Part shown: piece by piece, positions 25,022 to 36,408 of the stretch
How the letters are laid out: the number at the start of each line of letters is the position of its first letter
How positions within the stretch are numbered: the first letter of the stretch is position 1
Assembly: GCF_008831285.2 (NCBI RefSeq)
Contig: NC_045138.2
Location: forward strand, 32,364,001-32,428,000
Direction: 5' to 3'
Source: Nymphaea colorata
Taxonomy: Eukaryota
DNA: 64,000 nucleotides
Translations under genes and position numbers: made by a program
Notes under the pieces: generated by a model
Database searches by the model: none
What the model saw: the letters and a program-made list of their open reading frames with translations, nothing else
Told to the model about the DNA's origin: nothing

Positions 25022-27297
25022 CACCAACTCCTATTCAGTGTGTTCTTTGAATCCCTTTTTTCTGGCTGAGTGGATGTGAAAATCAATTTTAATAACAATA
25101 TTTATTTCCACCCATTGAACAATTGATTTTGCGAAAGAAATTGCAAATCAATTGTGGTAGTTTAATCAATTATCCTATTCATTAGCATTATGTCATTCTC
25201 AAAAATTTTCATTTAGAGAAGGAAAAGTCAGTCTGTGGCTATCCAGCACTTCATTAAATTAAGAAAGAAAGATAAAAATGAGAAACCAAAAAAATCGGAA
25301 TAAGAGTAAATGATCTAGAATATGCCCTTCCTTCAGGAAGGGTATGCACATAGTAGATTAGTACTCCACCCAGTGGGCACGTTCACACACATACCAAAGT
25401 ATCTAAAAGCATGGATTATCTTTAGAAACAAATAAAAGAATGCAGTAGTGGCCCTTATAAGCAACTAATGCAACAAAGCACTACGTTGTGTGCTAGAACA
25501 ATTTTTTATTATCAATCATATTTTTCCACACTCTCATCCCATGACATTCTTTTGTTAGACAATACTGCTCTATGTGTGTGTGTGTGTATGTGCGTGTGTT
25601 GTGAACTGCAAAATTTCTGCATATTACAAGTCAAAAGTTACAAGAGAAAGGCCTATCGAACATTTTGAGGTGTGAAAATGAGCCTAGTACCTAGAAATCC
25701 TTAATAGTGTTCATTCATTTGATATTGCTGGAAAGCAATGATGCTAAAAAGTATCTCTTCAGAGACTCGTTGATAGTATAAATATTTCATGAACAATTAG
25801 ATGGGGATTAAATTTGATCAATGGAGAGAAAACTATTGAACAAAAATTAAGAATTCAACACATTTACATTGCGAGTCAGTTTAAACTATAACATGAAAAC
25901 AGAAAAATCTTAGATCTTTATACAAGCACAAAATAGAAGTGGTTGTTAATGAATAGTGAGATTCAAATGGTTTAGATACCAAAGTATCTAAAGCAACAAA
26001 CACGGACTTCATAAAAAGTTGAAGTCTAAAATTCTTGAAGCTTTGTAAGTTACAAATTCAGTTATGCACCAAAATAAATAAAGGAGGAATGATCCAAGCG
26101 TGATTCATACTGTGCAATTTCCTCTTGCACCCTAAACAAAAGAATGTCCTTGTTGTATCCTTAATATGAGAGCAATAAGTGCAATTTTTTTTACTCTAGA
26201 AGGCTGCAATTTTATGCTAAAACTTGTTCCAATGTAAGAGCTCCACAAAATTAAACACGAATACTGGTCCAACAAAACATAACACTAAATGTCCCATTTA
26301 GATCGATGAAGTTTTTAAAGTCTGTACAACCAAAGCACTTGATAGTTTTCTTTTTTGAGTTCAACTTTGTTTTAAGTTCATTGTTTTCATATCAAAATTA
26401 TTGAACAAAAATTCTCTCCCACTTATGAAATTATTAGTATTTGAATGTTGAAGGATGATTTTATGATGAAACTTGAAGATATGACCACCATAACAAAACA
26501 ACACACTAGCTGCTCCACTATATATGCCAATTCATGTGGATCTAAGAAGCCCAATTGTTTCTCATATAATTTTTTTTACACCAGTTAATTTATTCCTAGC
26601 ACATGCAAATCAAAGAACCAGTATGATTATCTCTGAACTTTAGTTGGACGATGGTGATAGATGCAACTAAGAAATGCAGTTACAACAGCATAATCTCACT
26701 TTGTACTTAGAGAAAATCAAGCTAACATATCTCTAACAAAAACTAACTACCTTAATCATAAATATAGGGCAGTTGAGAACCATGGTCCAGATGGGTTTCA
26801 AAGGAAATTAAGTAGTACTAAAATATATAAAAAAAAAAATCATTTCCATACATGTTTGTTAAGCGGATATAAAACTAATAAAAGAAACTTTTAGATCTAG
26901 TATCAAAGCTGTAAGGCATAAATTCCACACTTGATGTCTACTTCAAATCAATTTAATTTTGGGAAAAGCAGAGATGACACAAACCTTAACAACAATGAGC
27001 AACAAGAAACTCTACTACTATGGCAAAGATGCCTACCCTCTACAATGCCTTGGAAAGAAAATGAGAAAGATAGGTAATCTTTTTCATTTGCAACCATTTG
27101 CAACCTAACAACTTTTTCCTCCCTCTTTCTCCTTCTAGTGGAAAGAGAGAGGAAGAGAGTGTGTGTGCCTCTATCGTCAATGGAAGAGAGTGTGTGACTT
27201 AATGCTAATGAAGAGGGCAGAAGGAAACAAGAACAGAACAAGAGAAAGAGGGAAACCTAGTGAAGAAGAGGTAAATAAAGGGAAATGGAGGAAAAAC

Positions 27298-27669
27298 CAG
27301 CAACAAAAGAAGCATTTTTTTGCAAAAATGCATTTCAAACACGAAACGTAAGTCAGCCAAATAAAACAGTAAAAAAAATAAAACGGTAAAAAAATGCCAA
27401 AACACCCTTTTTCCCTTTTTTTTGGTTTAGGAGATTTTCATGTTTTTTTAATGCCAACTTGGTTGCTTCCATTTTCTAATTTTTATTTGTTGCTTATCCC
27501 CTTATTTTTTGGTATTGTCTTATTAGTTTCTCATTTGCTTTATTTTTCCTAACTTTTAAGATTTTTTAAATTTTTAAAAAATTGACCATGTTTTTCATTT
27601 TTTCAAACTTGTATTATACCCGAGGAAAACCATGCCATATAAAACACTAAAATGATATTTGTGACTATG
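27298..27669 (-). mobile_element. hAT-type MITE (reverse copy of the 55810-56206 family)
   Basis: Ends in TTTGTGACTATG; internal reverse-complement similarity to 55810-56206; TSD GGAAAAAC / GAAAAAAC. Confidence 0.7.
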
Positions 27670-28174
27670 GAAAAAACATGAGGAAATAAATTCCATGCTA
27701 GGGTTTGTAGTGAAGTAGTTGTGATGCAACTTGACATTGCAATAGGGAAGAATCCATGCACATGTTTTGTGCAATTGAAGAGAAGAGCACTTTAAGATGG
27801 CATTTGGCATTGCATCAGAGAATTAGGTTGTTGTAGCTTTGATGCACCTGGATATTGCACCAAGTAACGGAAGTCATATACGCCTATGATGCAACTTGAT
27901 CATGTTCTAGAGAATAAGATGCATTGTGATGCCACACACCTCTTAGTGCGAAGTGGGTTATATAAGTTGTGCTGAATATGAAATTTTAGTATGCCAATTT
28001 AATCATGATGAAAAATATCCCTAATTAATATAAAAAGAAAACTTTTGTAGGAACAAAAAAGAAAACAAAAAGAAATATTTTGGTATTTCATAAAGTGTTT
28101 TGTATACGCATATCGTTATGACCAATATACTTCTTTGAGCGGTAAAAAAACGTCATCATTTTTTTGTCTCGCTC

Positions 28175-28620
28175 ATGTTGTTATTTCATATCATTGTCAT
28201 TATCTCATACCCTTATTGTTATCATACATCGTTATTATTTCATACTCATTATCTATATAAATTGTCATCATCTCATACCTATCATTATCTCCTACCGTAC
28301 TTTGGGTAGAAGATATTAACATGGCTATGAGATAACAAATCATAATAGCAAGGGCATGAGATAATGAAGAGATAATGAGTATGAGACACTATGTGTATAA
28401 GATATGGGGGTATGAGATAACAACATGGGTACGATAATGACAGTGGTATGAGATAATAAATATGAGTTAATGACAAGGGTATGATAATGACATGGGTATG
28501 ATATAATGACAGAGGTATGATAATGACAGGAGTATGAGATAATGACAGAAATATGAGATAATGGGTATGAGATAATGATAAATGTATGAGATAATAACAG
28601 ATGTATGAGATAATGACATG
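28175..28620. repeat. Fold-back minisatellite (about 17-21 bp unit GGGTATGAGATAATGACA in two opposed arrays)
   Basis: Reverse units TGTCATTATCTCATACC at 28175-28292, forward units at 28320-28620. Confidence 0.85.
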
Positions 28621-30222
28621 ATTAAGAATATTCGTTGTGTACATGCAATGTTGAGGTAATAAAGTAAATGTGCATATTGGTAGTAGGGTTCACCTTCAAC
28701 GTACGCTTGTTATGTACATGGAGTGGCATATAGAACTCGTTCCCCTCTGGGTGGGGTCTATGACACACCTCAGTTGTGCATTGGAGAACAAGCCCACCTC
28801 TTGTGATAGTTTCTGCTAGGGAATTAATCACAACCCGTTCTTCTCTTAAAGAGGAAATTCCAAACAAGAATACTACATTTTGGAACATAGTGTCTCATGA
28901 ATGTGTTCTAAAGCTTTTGAATGTGTCCATTTTTTGGAACATATTTGTGAAATTTTTGTTCCAAAGTGTATAGGGTTCTTGTCTACTTTAACCGTTCATG
29001 TGCCACAACAAGGAAGAACTCTTGTAGTGACACGCAATCATGAGAGAGTGTGTCTCCATCATTCTTTCTCCAATTACAACCTTAAAAGTAAGGCTGTTTT
29101 TGGTTGTCTTTTGGCAAATAGCTATTGACAGTACTTTTTCATGTATCGTTGATTCGTGAGGTTGGAAACATGAAATGGAATGTTCAAATGCAGTTTTAGA
29201 CGCATTGTATCGATTCATTTCACAGACCACAAGGGTGCATTCAATGAGTAGTGCCCGTCTGATAGGATACTAGCGTCATGAGACACCCTAATCTTGCAAC
29301 AGGGTGCAATATGTTCTAGACACTCTTTGCTCTTTGCTCTGTTGCATGCTATGATAGTTTTTTAGTTTAATATTTAGATAATGAAGATTGTCCTCAGATA
29401 TTCTTTCTGATTGTGGTTATTTCCAACCCTTAAAATTGGATTTGATAATGTTTCAGTGCATTTTTGAGACATTTCATCTTATTGACATTTTTGTAGAAAC
29501 TTGTATCATCTTATTGGAACTTGTATAAAATGCAATTAGGTCTATCCTAAAATTTATGAAACCTTTTTTTTTTTTTTTTTTTTTTTTGCAACGTTGTTGC
29601 CATGGAAGTGTTAAAATGCTCAATCCACCTCCCGTTTGGAAACTCATTGACATCCGTTTGTACATTGTTGATCTTTTTGAAGGAATAAAGTTAAATTCCA
29701 TTCTGCACAGTTCGTAAAACAGATTCATTTTCCTTGTAAGTGTATATAAATATCTATCAATACTAATCAAGGCGCCGGGTAATCCATTAGCAGAATTTTC
29801 CTTGTCTTCCTCTTTACGTCTGCCATTTTTCTTGCTTTGTTTTTCGACATGCTCTTATCTCTGTTTTAACAGTGCTCTTTCCATCAAATGCCCTTTAAGA
29901 GTTCTTCGTTTACTGTCCTTGAAGATTGTAGACATCTTTTTTGCTGATAGATGTGATTTTGTTACTTTATAATGATGAAAAAAAAAAATTCTTGTTGAAA
30001 GAACTCTTTAATATTTAGAAGCCCGCATCTAATCAAAGTAACCATGGTGCTCCCCATTATGCTTTCTGAAGGGATTGAAGAGATTGCTGTTTAAACATTT
30101 TACATATTCAAAAGTCTAGCATACCCTTGGTTAAGACGATTTATAAGCTGTAAAGAATTTAAGATGAAGAAACATCAACTTTGCCTTGTTCATGGTGTGT
30201 ACATAGATAGACATGTTCACCG

Positions 30223-30369
30223 TAGTGGCCGAGCTAGGATTTTTTGGTTGAGGGGAATTCAAGCCATCACTTAAGTCTGCTATGGGCACCTCATATAAAT
30301 TTTGAATGTTCATAGTATAATTTCACGTCCTTTTAAAGATTTTTTTTTTATGGCCGATGTCTGCCACTA
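30223..30369. mobile_element. Degenerate hAT-type MITE
   Basis: TIRs TAGTGGCCGAGC / GTCTGCCACTA; same family type as 461-622; TSD not clear. Confidence 0.6.
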
Positions 30370-30489
30370 CCCACCACCAACCCCCATGTATATGTGCCAA
30401 TGGTTCACTGTTCACTAACATTCAAACATGAAATTCCCAAGATTATTTTGAAATGTCTAATGACAAACTAACATATCATTTCTACAAGG

Positions 30490-30524
<35 letters not shown>

Positions 30525-31342
30525 GCCACCATATTCTAAACCCACCATCATCGTTTGGACGAAATTTTTACTCACAAATGAGAAATAAGTAGAGATATAG
30601 GAGTATTCTTTGGTATTGCCACTACTTCAGCCTAAAAGGACAACACACAAGTTGGAGCAATCTGAAATGAAATTAGTTTTCTATGTCAATTAAGCATAGA
30701 TCATTAGGTAGGGGAGAGGAAAAGAAGGGAACAAGATAGATATTCTATGAAAGGTTGTTGAAAGGAAAATTCCATTTTCGTTGAGGACATCTCAACCACT
30801 CATTATTTTTTCTAATTTAATGGTTAATGACATGTTTAGGTTTCAAAACGGTAATTTTGTTTTCTGGTGTTTTAGTCTTGGCAATTTGGAAAAACATATC
30901 GAAAAACTAAAATAAAGTATTCAGATTTTGAATTTTCTCACGTTTGGATATCTTTTTTATTAAATTAGTTAGTTTGTTTAATGGTACTTGGATAAATTCT
31001 TGTAGGTTTCTTTTCAAAAATTACGCTAATGATTTGGCGGCGCAAGGTATCGCATGCTCACATACTTATTCATTGACGTATTATAACAGGCAGTTGACAT
31101 GCATCATGCCTTAATAAAAATAGCAATTAAGAGTCTTGAACTCCAAAGGTTAGAGGTATGAGTTTTCGACAGTTGGGAAACTCAAGAGGCGGGGAAGAGA
31201 CAGAAGTTGTCCGGCGACATTGCGCCAGGTGATCGCGATTATCTCGTTTCTGCATTTTGTAGCAAGGCTTCATTTGTGGCAATATCCAGGTTGAGGAATT
31301 CGTAAAGTTCGCCGCCATTCGACAGCTCTTGTAAGTTCGAAC

Positions 31343-33684
31343 CATGAGTGGTGAAGTTCTACAGGAGAATGTTGGTACCTCCAGATCAACTTGGTGGACT
31401 CGACGAATTGCCTGGATAAGAACCAACCTTTCAGTTACACGTCTTAAAAGTCCGTCTCACTGTGGAACAAGAGGCTGCGCGATTGTTTCGATGGCGGCCG
31501 GCTGAAAGAAGCGTGCCAGCTGTTCGACGACATGCCGGAAAGGAATAAGGCATCCTGGACAACGGTGATCTTCGGATACGGTAGAAATGGGCGTCTTTAG
31601 AATTCCATCGATTTATTCGAAGAAATGCTTCACAGGAAGCAGGTTGCGTGGAATTCGATGCTCTTGCCATATGTGAGCTCGGACCAACTTCAGCCTGCCG
31701 GTCACTTGTTCGAGAAAATGCCTCAAAGAAACTCGACCTTGTACTTGATCATGATCAATCGCTTGTCTCGAGGTGGGTCTGCGTCAGATGCACTCACATG
31801 TTCAATTCAATGCCCGCACTGTTCGGAATGTGGTCTTGTAGACTGCAATGATCGATGGACTGGCACATGATGGTGATCATCTCATTGCATTAAACCTTTT
31901 CTCGTTCTTACACTGCAGCATGTGGGACGACGGTGACGCCTAATGGCTTCACTTTCGTCGTTGTAATGAAGTCATGTGTGGAGTTGAAATCCATTTAGTA
32001 TAGCATGCAGATTCATGCATTGGAAGTAAATCCCAACTGTGGCGAGGGTGACAAGGAGTCTGATTATGTTTATAACTCGCTTATGAATATGTATGCTAAA
32101 TGTGGAGATCTTGGTGAGACGGAGAAAATATTTCACAGGTGACCACCTGTATCTCGTCCTTGTTTATAAGCTATGCAGTGGCAGATATCGATATTTTTCA
32201 ATTACTCTATTTTAACGTCGTGTCTTAGATGGTAAAATGTCTTAATTTGAAAAGGTAACACATGTTATTTTTGTAGATCAGCTTAATCTGATTGTGTCGT
32301 GGTTAATATCATAATTACAACTATTTAACAAAATGGAGATTCTTTAAAAATATTTTTCTTTATGTTTTGATCTCCTTATAGCTGTAGTTTTGTATTTTTT
32401 ACCGTCTCCATGCTCACCCGTAAAACGGGAGGACAAAACTTTTTTTATTTCTCTCGATAATTTGTCTGCCCTTCTCTTTGCTGTTTAAAATTTAAACATC
32501 TCTTGGGTCTGCCGCAATTATACAATTATGTTTAAATGGTGGCAGACGTGCCTAATTGGGACCCAAATGGCTTGGATCATCATCAAATTAGAGCCAACAT
32601 AACATTTTCAAGGTATGTGATTTTAACATTTTGTTTTCAAAATACTGGTACTAATGTAGCGCTACATATAGCTTGAAAGTGCAAAATCATGTTTCTGTTT
32701 CTTGACAGTTTTCTGCTTAGACAGGTTGAAGAAGAAGGATTGGTGTCATTCAATTATATCATGGATGGTCGGATCTAGCATCATTCAATTGATAAAGGCC
32801 AAATTATTTGTTGACATAATGAAAGAGAAGAATGTTATTTCTTGCAATATGATCTCAGGATTGTTAGAAAATGGTCATGGTGAAGAAGCTCTATGGTTTT
32901 TTGTACATCTGCTGCAATCATGGTCAGATTTGAAGTCAAACCTATCAACATGTTCTATTGTTATAACTATTTGTTTTACTTTAGCAGCACTGGAACAGGG
33001 AAGACAAATTCATGCAAAGATTTAAGGTTGGTTATATGGTAGTAATGTTTTTGTAGGCAATTCATTAATCGGCATGTAGTCAAACTGTCGATTCATATTA
33101 GAATCAGAACAAGTTTTTAGGGAGTTCATGGTTCACAGGGACATTGTGTCATGGAATGCTGTGATCTTAGGCCTTGGACAAAATGGATGTCCAAGAAAGG
33201 CATTGGAAACTGCACACAGTTTTGGACATAGCAAACCTGAAAACACAACACATGCATTGCAATATTAACATCTTGTAGCCATGGTGGCCTTGTTGATGAT
33301 GGGCTCAAGTACTTTGGTGTAATGAATTCTAGGACCACCTTAAAACCAAGCTTGGATCATTACATTTGTGTTATAGACATGCTGCGAAGAGAAGGTAGAG
33401 CAAGTGAAGCATGAATGATAAGGGAGATGCCATTTGTTGCAAATGTTGCAGTGTGGAGGAGCCTCCTTTCTTCATGTGTGGCACATGGAGATCTGCATGT
33501 CGGGAATATTGCAGCTCAACAACTTCTGTTTGAGCGTGATAGCGCTGAAATCTTTATAATGTTAACAAATATTTACGAAATGGGAGATTTGAGGAATCAA
33601 GGGACATCAGGAAGTTGGTGGGCAAAAGAGGATTGAAGAAGGAACCTGGTTGTAGCTGGATTAGAATGAGAAATCATATTCAAG
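31343..33684 (+). pseudogene. PLS/E-class PPR pseudogene (copy B, near full length)
   Basis: EACQLFDDMPERNKASWTTVIFGY, VYNSLMNMYAKCGDL, ALEQGRQIHA, RDIVSWNAVILG, SCSHGGLVDDG and KKEPGCSWI; many stops and frameshifts; 586-bp GT-AG interruption at 32139-32724. Start position approximate. Confidence 0.92.
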
Positions 33685-35522
33685 CAGTGGCAGAGCTATG
33701 TTGCATATTATTTATATATAGAAACTTCATTAATTTTCAGTTTTTGTTTGGTTTTGTTTTGTTTTTTTACATATGAGTGCCCTTTGAAATTTAAACTTAG
33801 AATGCCCTTTAACCAGAAGTTTTCTGGCTCCGCCACTGACTCAAGGTTTTATAGTTTGAACAGGATGGCAGGATCTGTTGCCAATGGCATGTAGAGAGAA
33901 GGAGAAAGGGCATAACGCTGTCGGCTTTGGCCAGACATGGGTTGCGCATGCACATCTACACACACACACACACACAGAAGAACAGCAGTTCCAGCACAAG
34001 ATGAGCACCAAGGATGTGGTGCTGGATGGAGGGTGAAGCGGTGGTACTGGAGGGAGTGAGCAGGTGTTCTGACTTGTGAAGGAGAGGAGGAAACTGCTTT
34101 AGGATGTAGGAATGAGGGCTCTAAGTGAAGCAAGTGAAGGTGGTAAAGATGGATGGAAAATGAAGTGTGTAACGTTAAGCGCACAGTCCATAACCATCTG
34201 ATCTGTTTAAATCAGTGACCAACTTTAGTGTTAATGCTTTCTATACTTGTTTTCCCGTAGAGTGCACCCAGTTTTTCCAAAAGTTTTTCATTTCCTCAGA
34301 ATCTTACTGGGGAAGTGATTAATAGACATTTGAGGAACCAAGGCTCGGATCACTAACTATGCTGTAAGCGCAAACTTCATTAAAGCTTCAAAATTGAACG
34401 GATCGCACTTTTCAATGAGCATTTAAATCTCACCTACTCATGCAAAGGTTCAAACATTATATAAAAAATGATTCAACATTATATAAAAAACAATTAATTT
34501 TGTTAAGATAAAAAGTAGTTCCTTCACATGTTGAAGATTTGACATTTTTTCCCTTTACCCGTTTCTTTTCCTGTCCTGGAAGTTATGTAAGAATGCTGAA
34601 AAAAGATACACATTTAAAGATCATGTTGTGCTTTTCAGTATTATTCATATTATCCTACTATTAGAATAATTCATATATTCCCAACGAGCATAGGTAATCC
34701 AAACTCAACCATCTCAAAAGGATACGTGAAGAGGACTACCCACGACGTGAAATAATCTTTATTAAACGTATCAATCCCACGAGGACTATCGATTAAAAAA
34801 AAGTAAAATTTGCAATTGTTTATCCTACCAATTCTATCTTCATGAAAACAATTTGAAATCACTATAAGTAAATTCACATAGTAACATTCAAATATTGTGT
34901 ACATGTTGATCTCCATGTTGGCCAGTTCCAACCACTCAACCAGTGGAGGACTAGGCCTAGCCATGTGTTGGCAGTTGCCCACTCTGACCCACTTAATTTA
35001 TTTTATTTGCACATTAGTTCCTACATATAATTTAATTTATTACATATTGGTGCTGCCCTTTATATTTTGGATATGCAAATCCTTTTCTATCATCAAAGAC
35101 ACATGCAATCATGGAAGAATGGGAACTTGAATTATAGTACTCGAGCTTAAGGAGCTCAACTCAATCCGCCATAAACGTCCACATCCACTAATATCTCCAG
35201 ACTTACGCCAATTTGGAAACTTTGTTTAGGCAAAAACTAACCAGATTTATTTGATAAGATTAATATTCCAACTAAAATCGCGATTTCTTTGAGCTTGAAA
35301 GTTCTTATGAACGAAATATATGCTTTCTCAAAAATGCACTAAACCTTTTGAAAGGTTACGAGAAACATACCTGTGTTTGAAGCTTTCAAATTTGGGAATT
35401 AGGAATAATTGAAGTGTATATACGTCACAATAAAGTAAGGGAAGCAGGTAACATGTTGGACCATATTGAAGATTTTGAGATTTGAGCACGTTTTAAGTGG
35501 TGTGAGAAAAGATATATTTTTT
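33230..35522 (+). repeat. Segmental direct duplication, copy B (partner 1-2293)
   Basis: Collinear with 1-2293. Confidence 0.95.
33685..33838. mobile_element. hAT-type MITE (same insertion as 461-622)
   Basis: Same TIRs and same site; TSD ATTCAAG / ACTCAAG. Confidence 0.85.
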
Positions 35523-35700
35523 AGTTTTAAAGCACAAGTCACCAATTTGGGTGTTTCATAATCATTCCTTTTAAATAGAGTCTCATTTACATATAAATTC
35601 TAAAAATTTAAATATTTTTTTCTCATCAAACATTCCTTACAGATTAAGGTTATGTCCATAAAAGTTTAAGATTTGGTCCAAAACACGTGAAAAATGAATT

Positions 35701-36130
35701 GAGCTTGTTTGGTTGGAAGGAAAGGGAGGGATTGAGCAATCCCTCTTGTGTTTGGTTGGCTAATTAGAAAGGAGGGAAATGAAGGGAAAGAGAGAAAGTC
35801 TGTTTGGATGGGAGGGGAGGGAAAGGAAAGGAAAGGATTGTATAGTGTAAATTCAATCCCTCCCAAATCGGACGGATTGGGAGGGAAAGGAAAAAGAGTA
35901 AGTACAAAAGTGTTGACTGCCCACAATACCCCTCCACGTTTTTCCTTCCAACCTTTCGACTATTGAGGGTATTATTATAAATTGTATCGTTTCCTTTCCA
36001 TTCCATTCACTTTTATCCAAACAAGCTTTTATAATCACCTCTTTCCATTCCATTCCATTCCCTTCCCTTCCCTTCCCTTTCCATTCCTTTCCCTCCCTTT
36101 CCCTCGACCCCTTTCCCTCCAACCAAAGGT
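35701..36130. mobile_element. Tourist/PIF-Harbinger-like MITE(s), probably nested
   Basis: GCTTGTTTGGTTGG..CCAACCAAA and inner CTGTTTGGAT..ATCCAAACAAG termini, with mirrored GGAAAG / CCCTT(T)C tracts. Confidence 0.65.
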
Positions 36131-36408
36131 AGAAGGTAGAAGGAATAGCCTTTAGAAGAGATGGATCCGATAATTTGGATGCGAACAGGTCCAAGATCCA
36201 CTGTAGCAGGTCTGACTTCACGGCAGGCTGGAGCACGGCGCATCCAACTCCAGCAAAAGCCGTGGGAACTCTAACAGCCAAACTTGATCCTTCTCTTTCT
36301 CTCTCTTGATCTTTCCCCTCCTCCTAGTGTCTGCGTCGGTGCTGATCTCCAACTCCGGCGAGAGGTCTCAGGTTCTCGTCCTTCGAATTTTACGGGTGAA
36401 ATAACGTC

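Noticed and set aside
28622..29330. Minus-strand ORF chain as a viral or transposase gene
   Set aside because: No recognisable motif in any frame; needs BLASTX.
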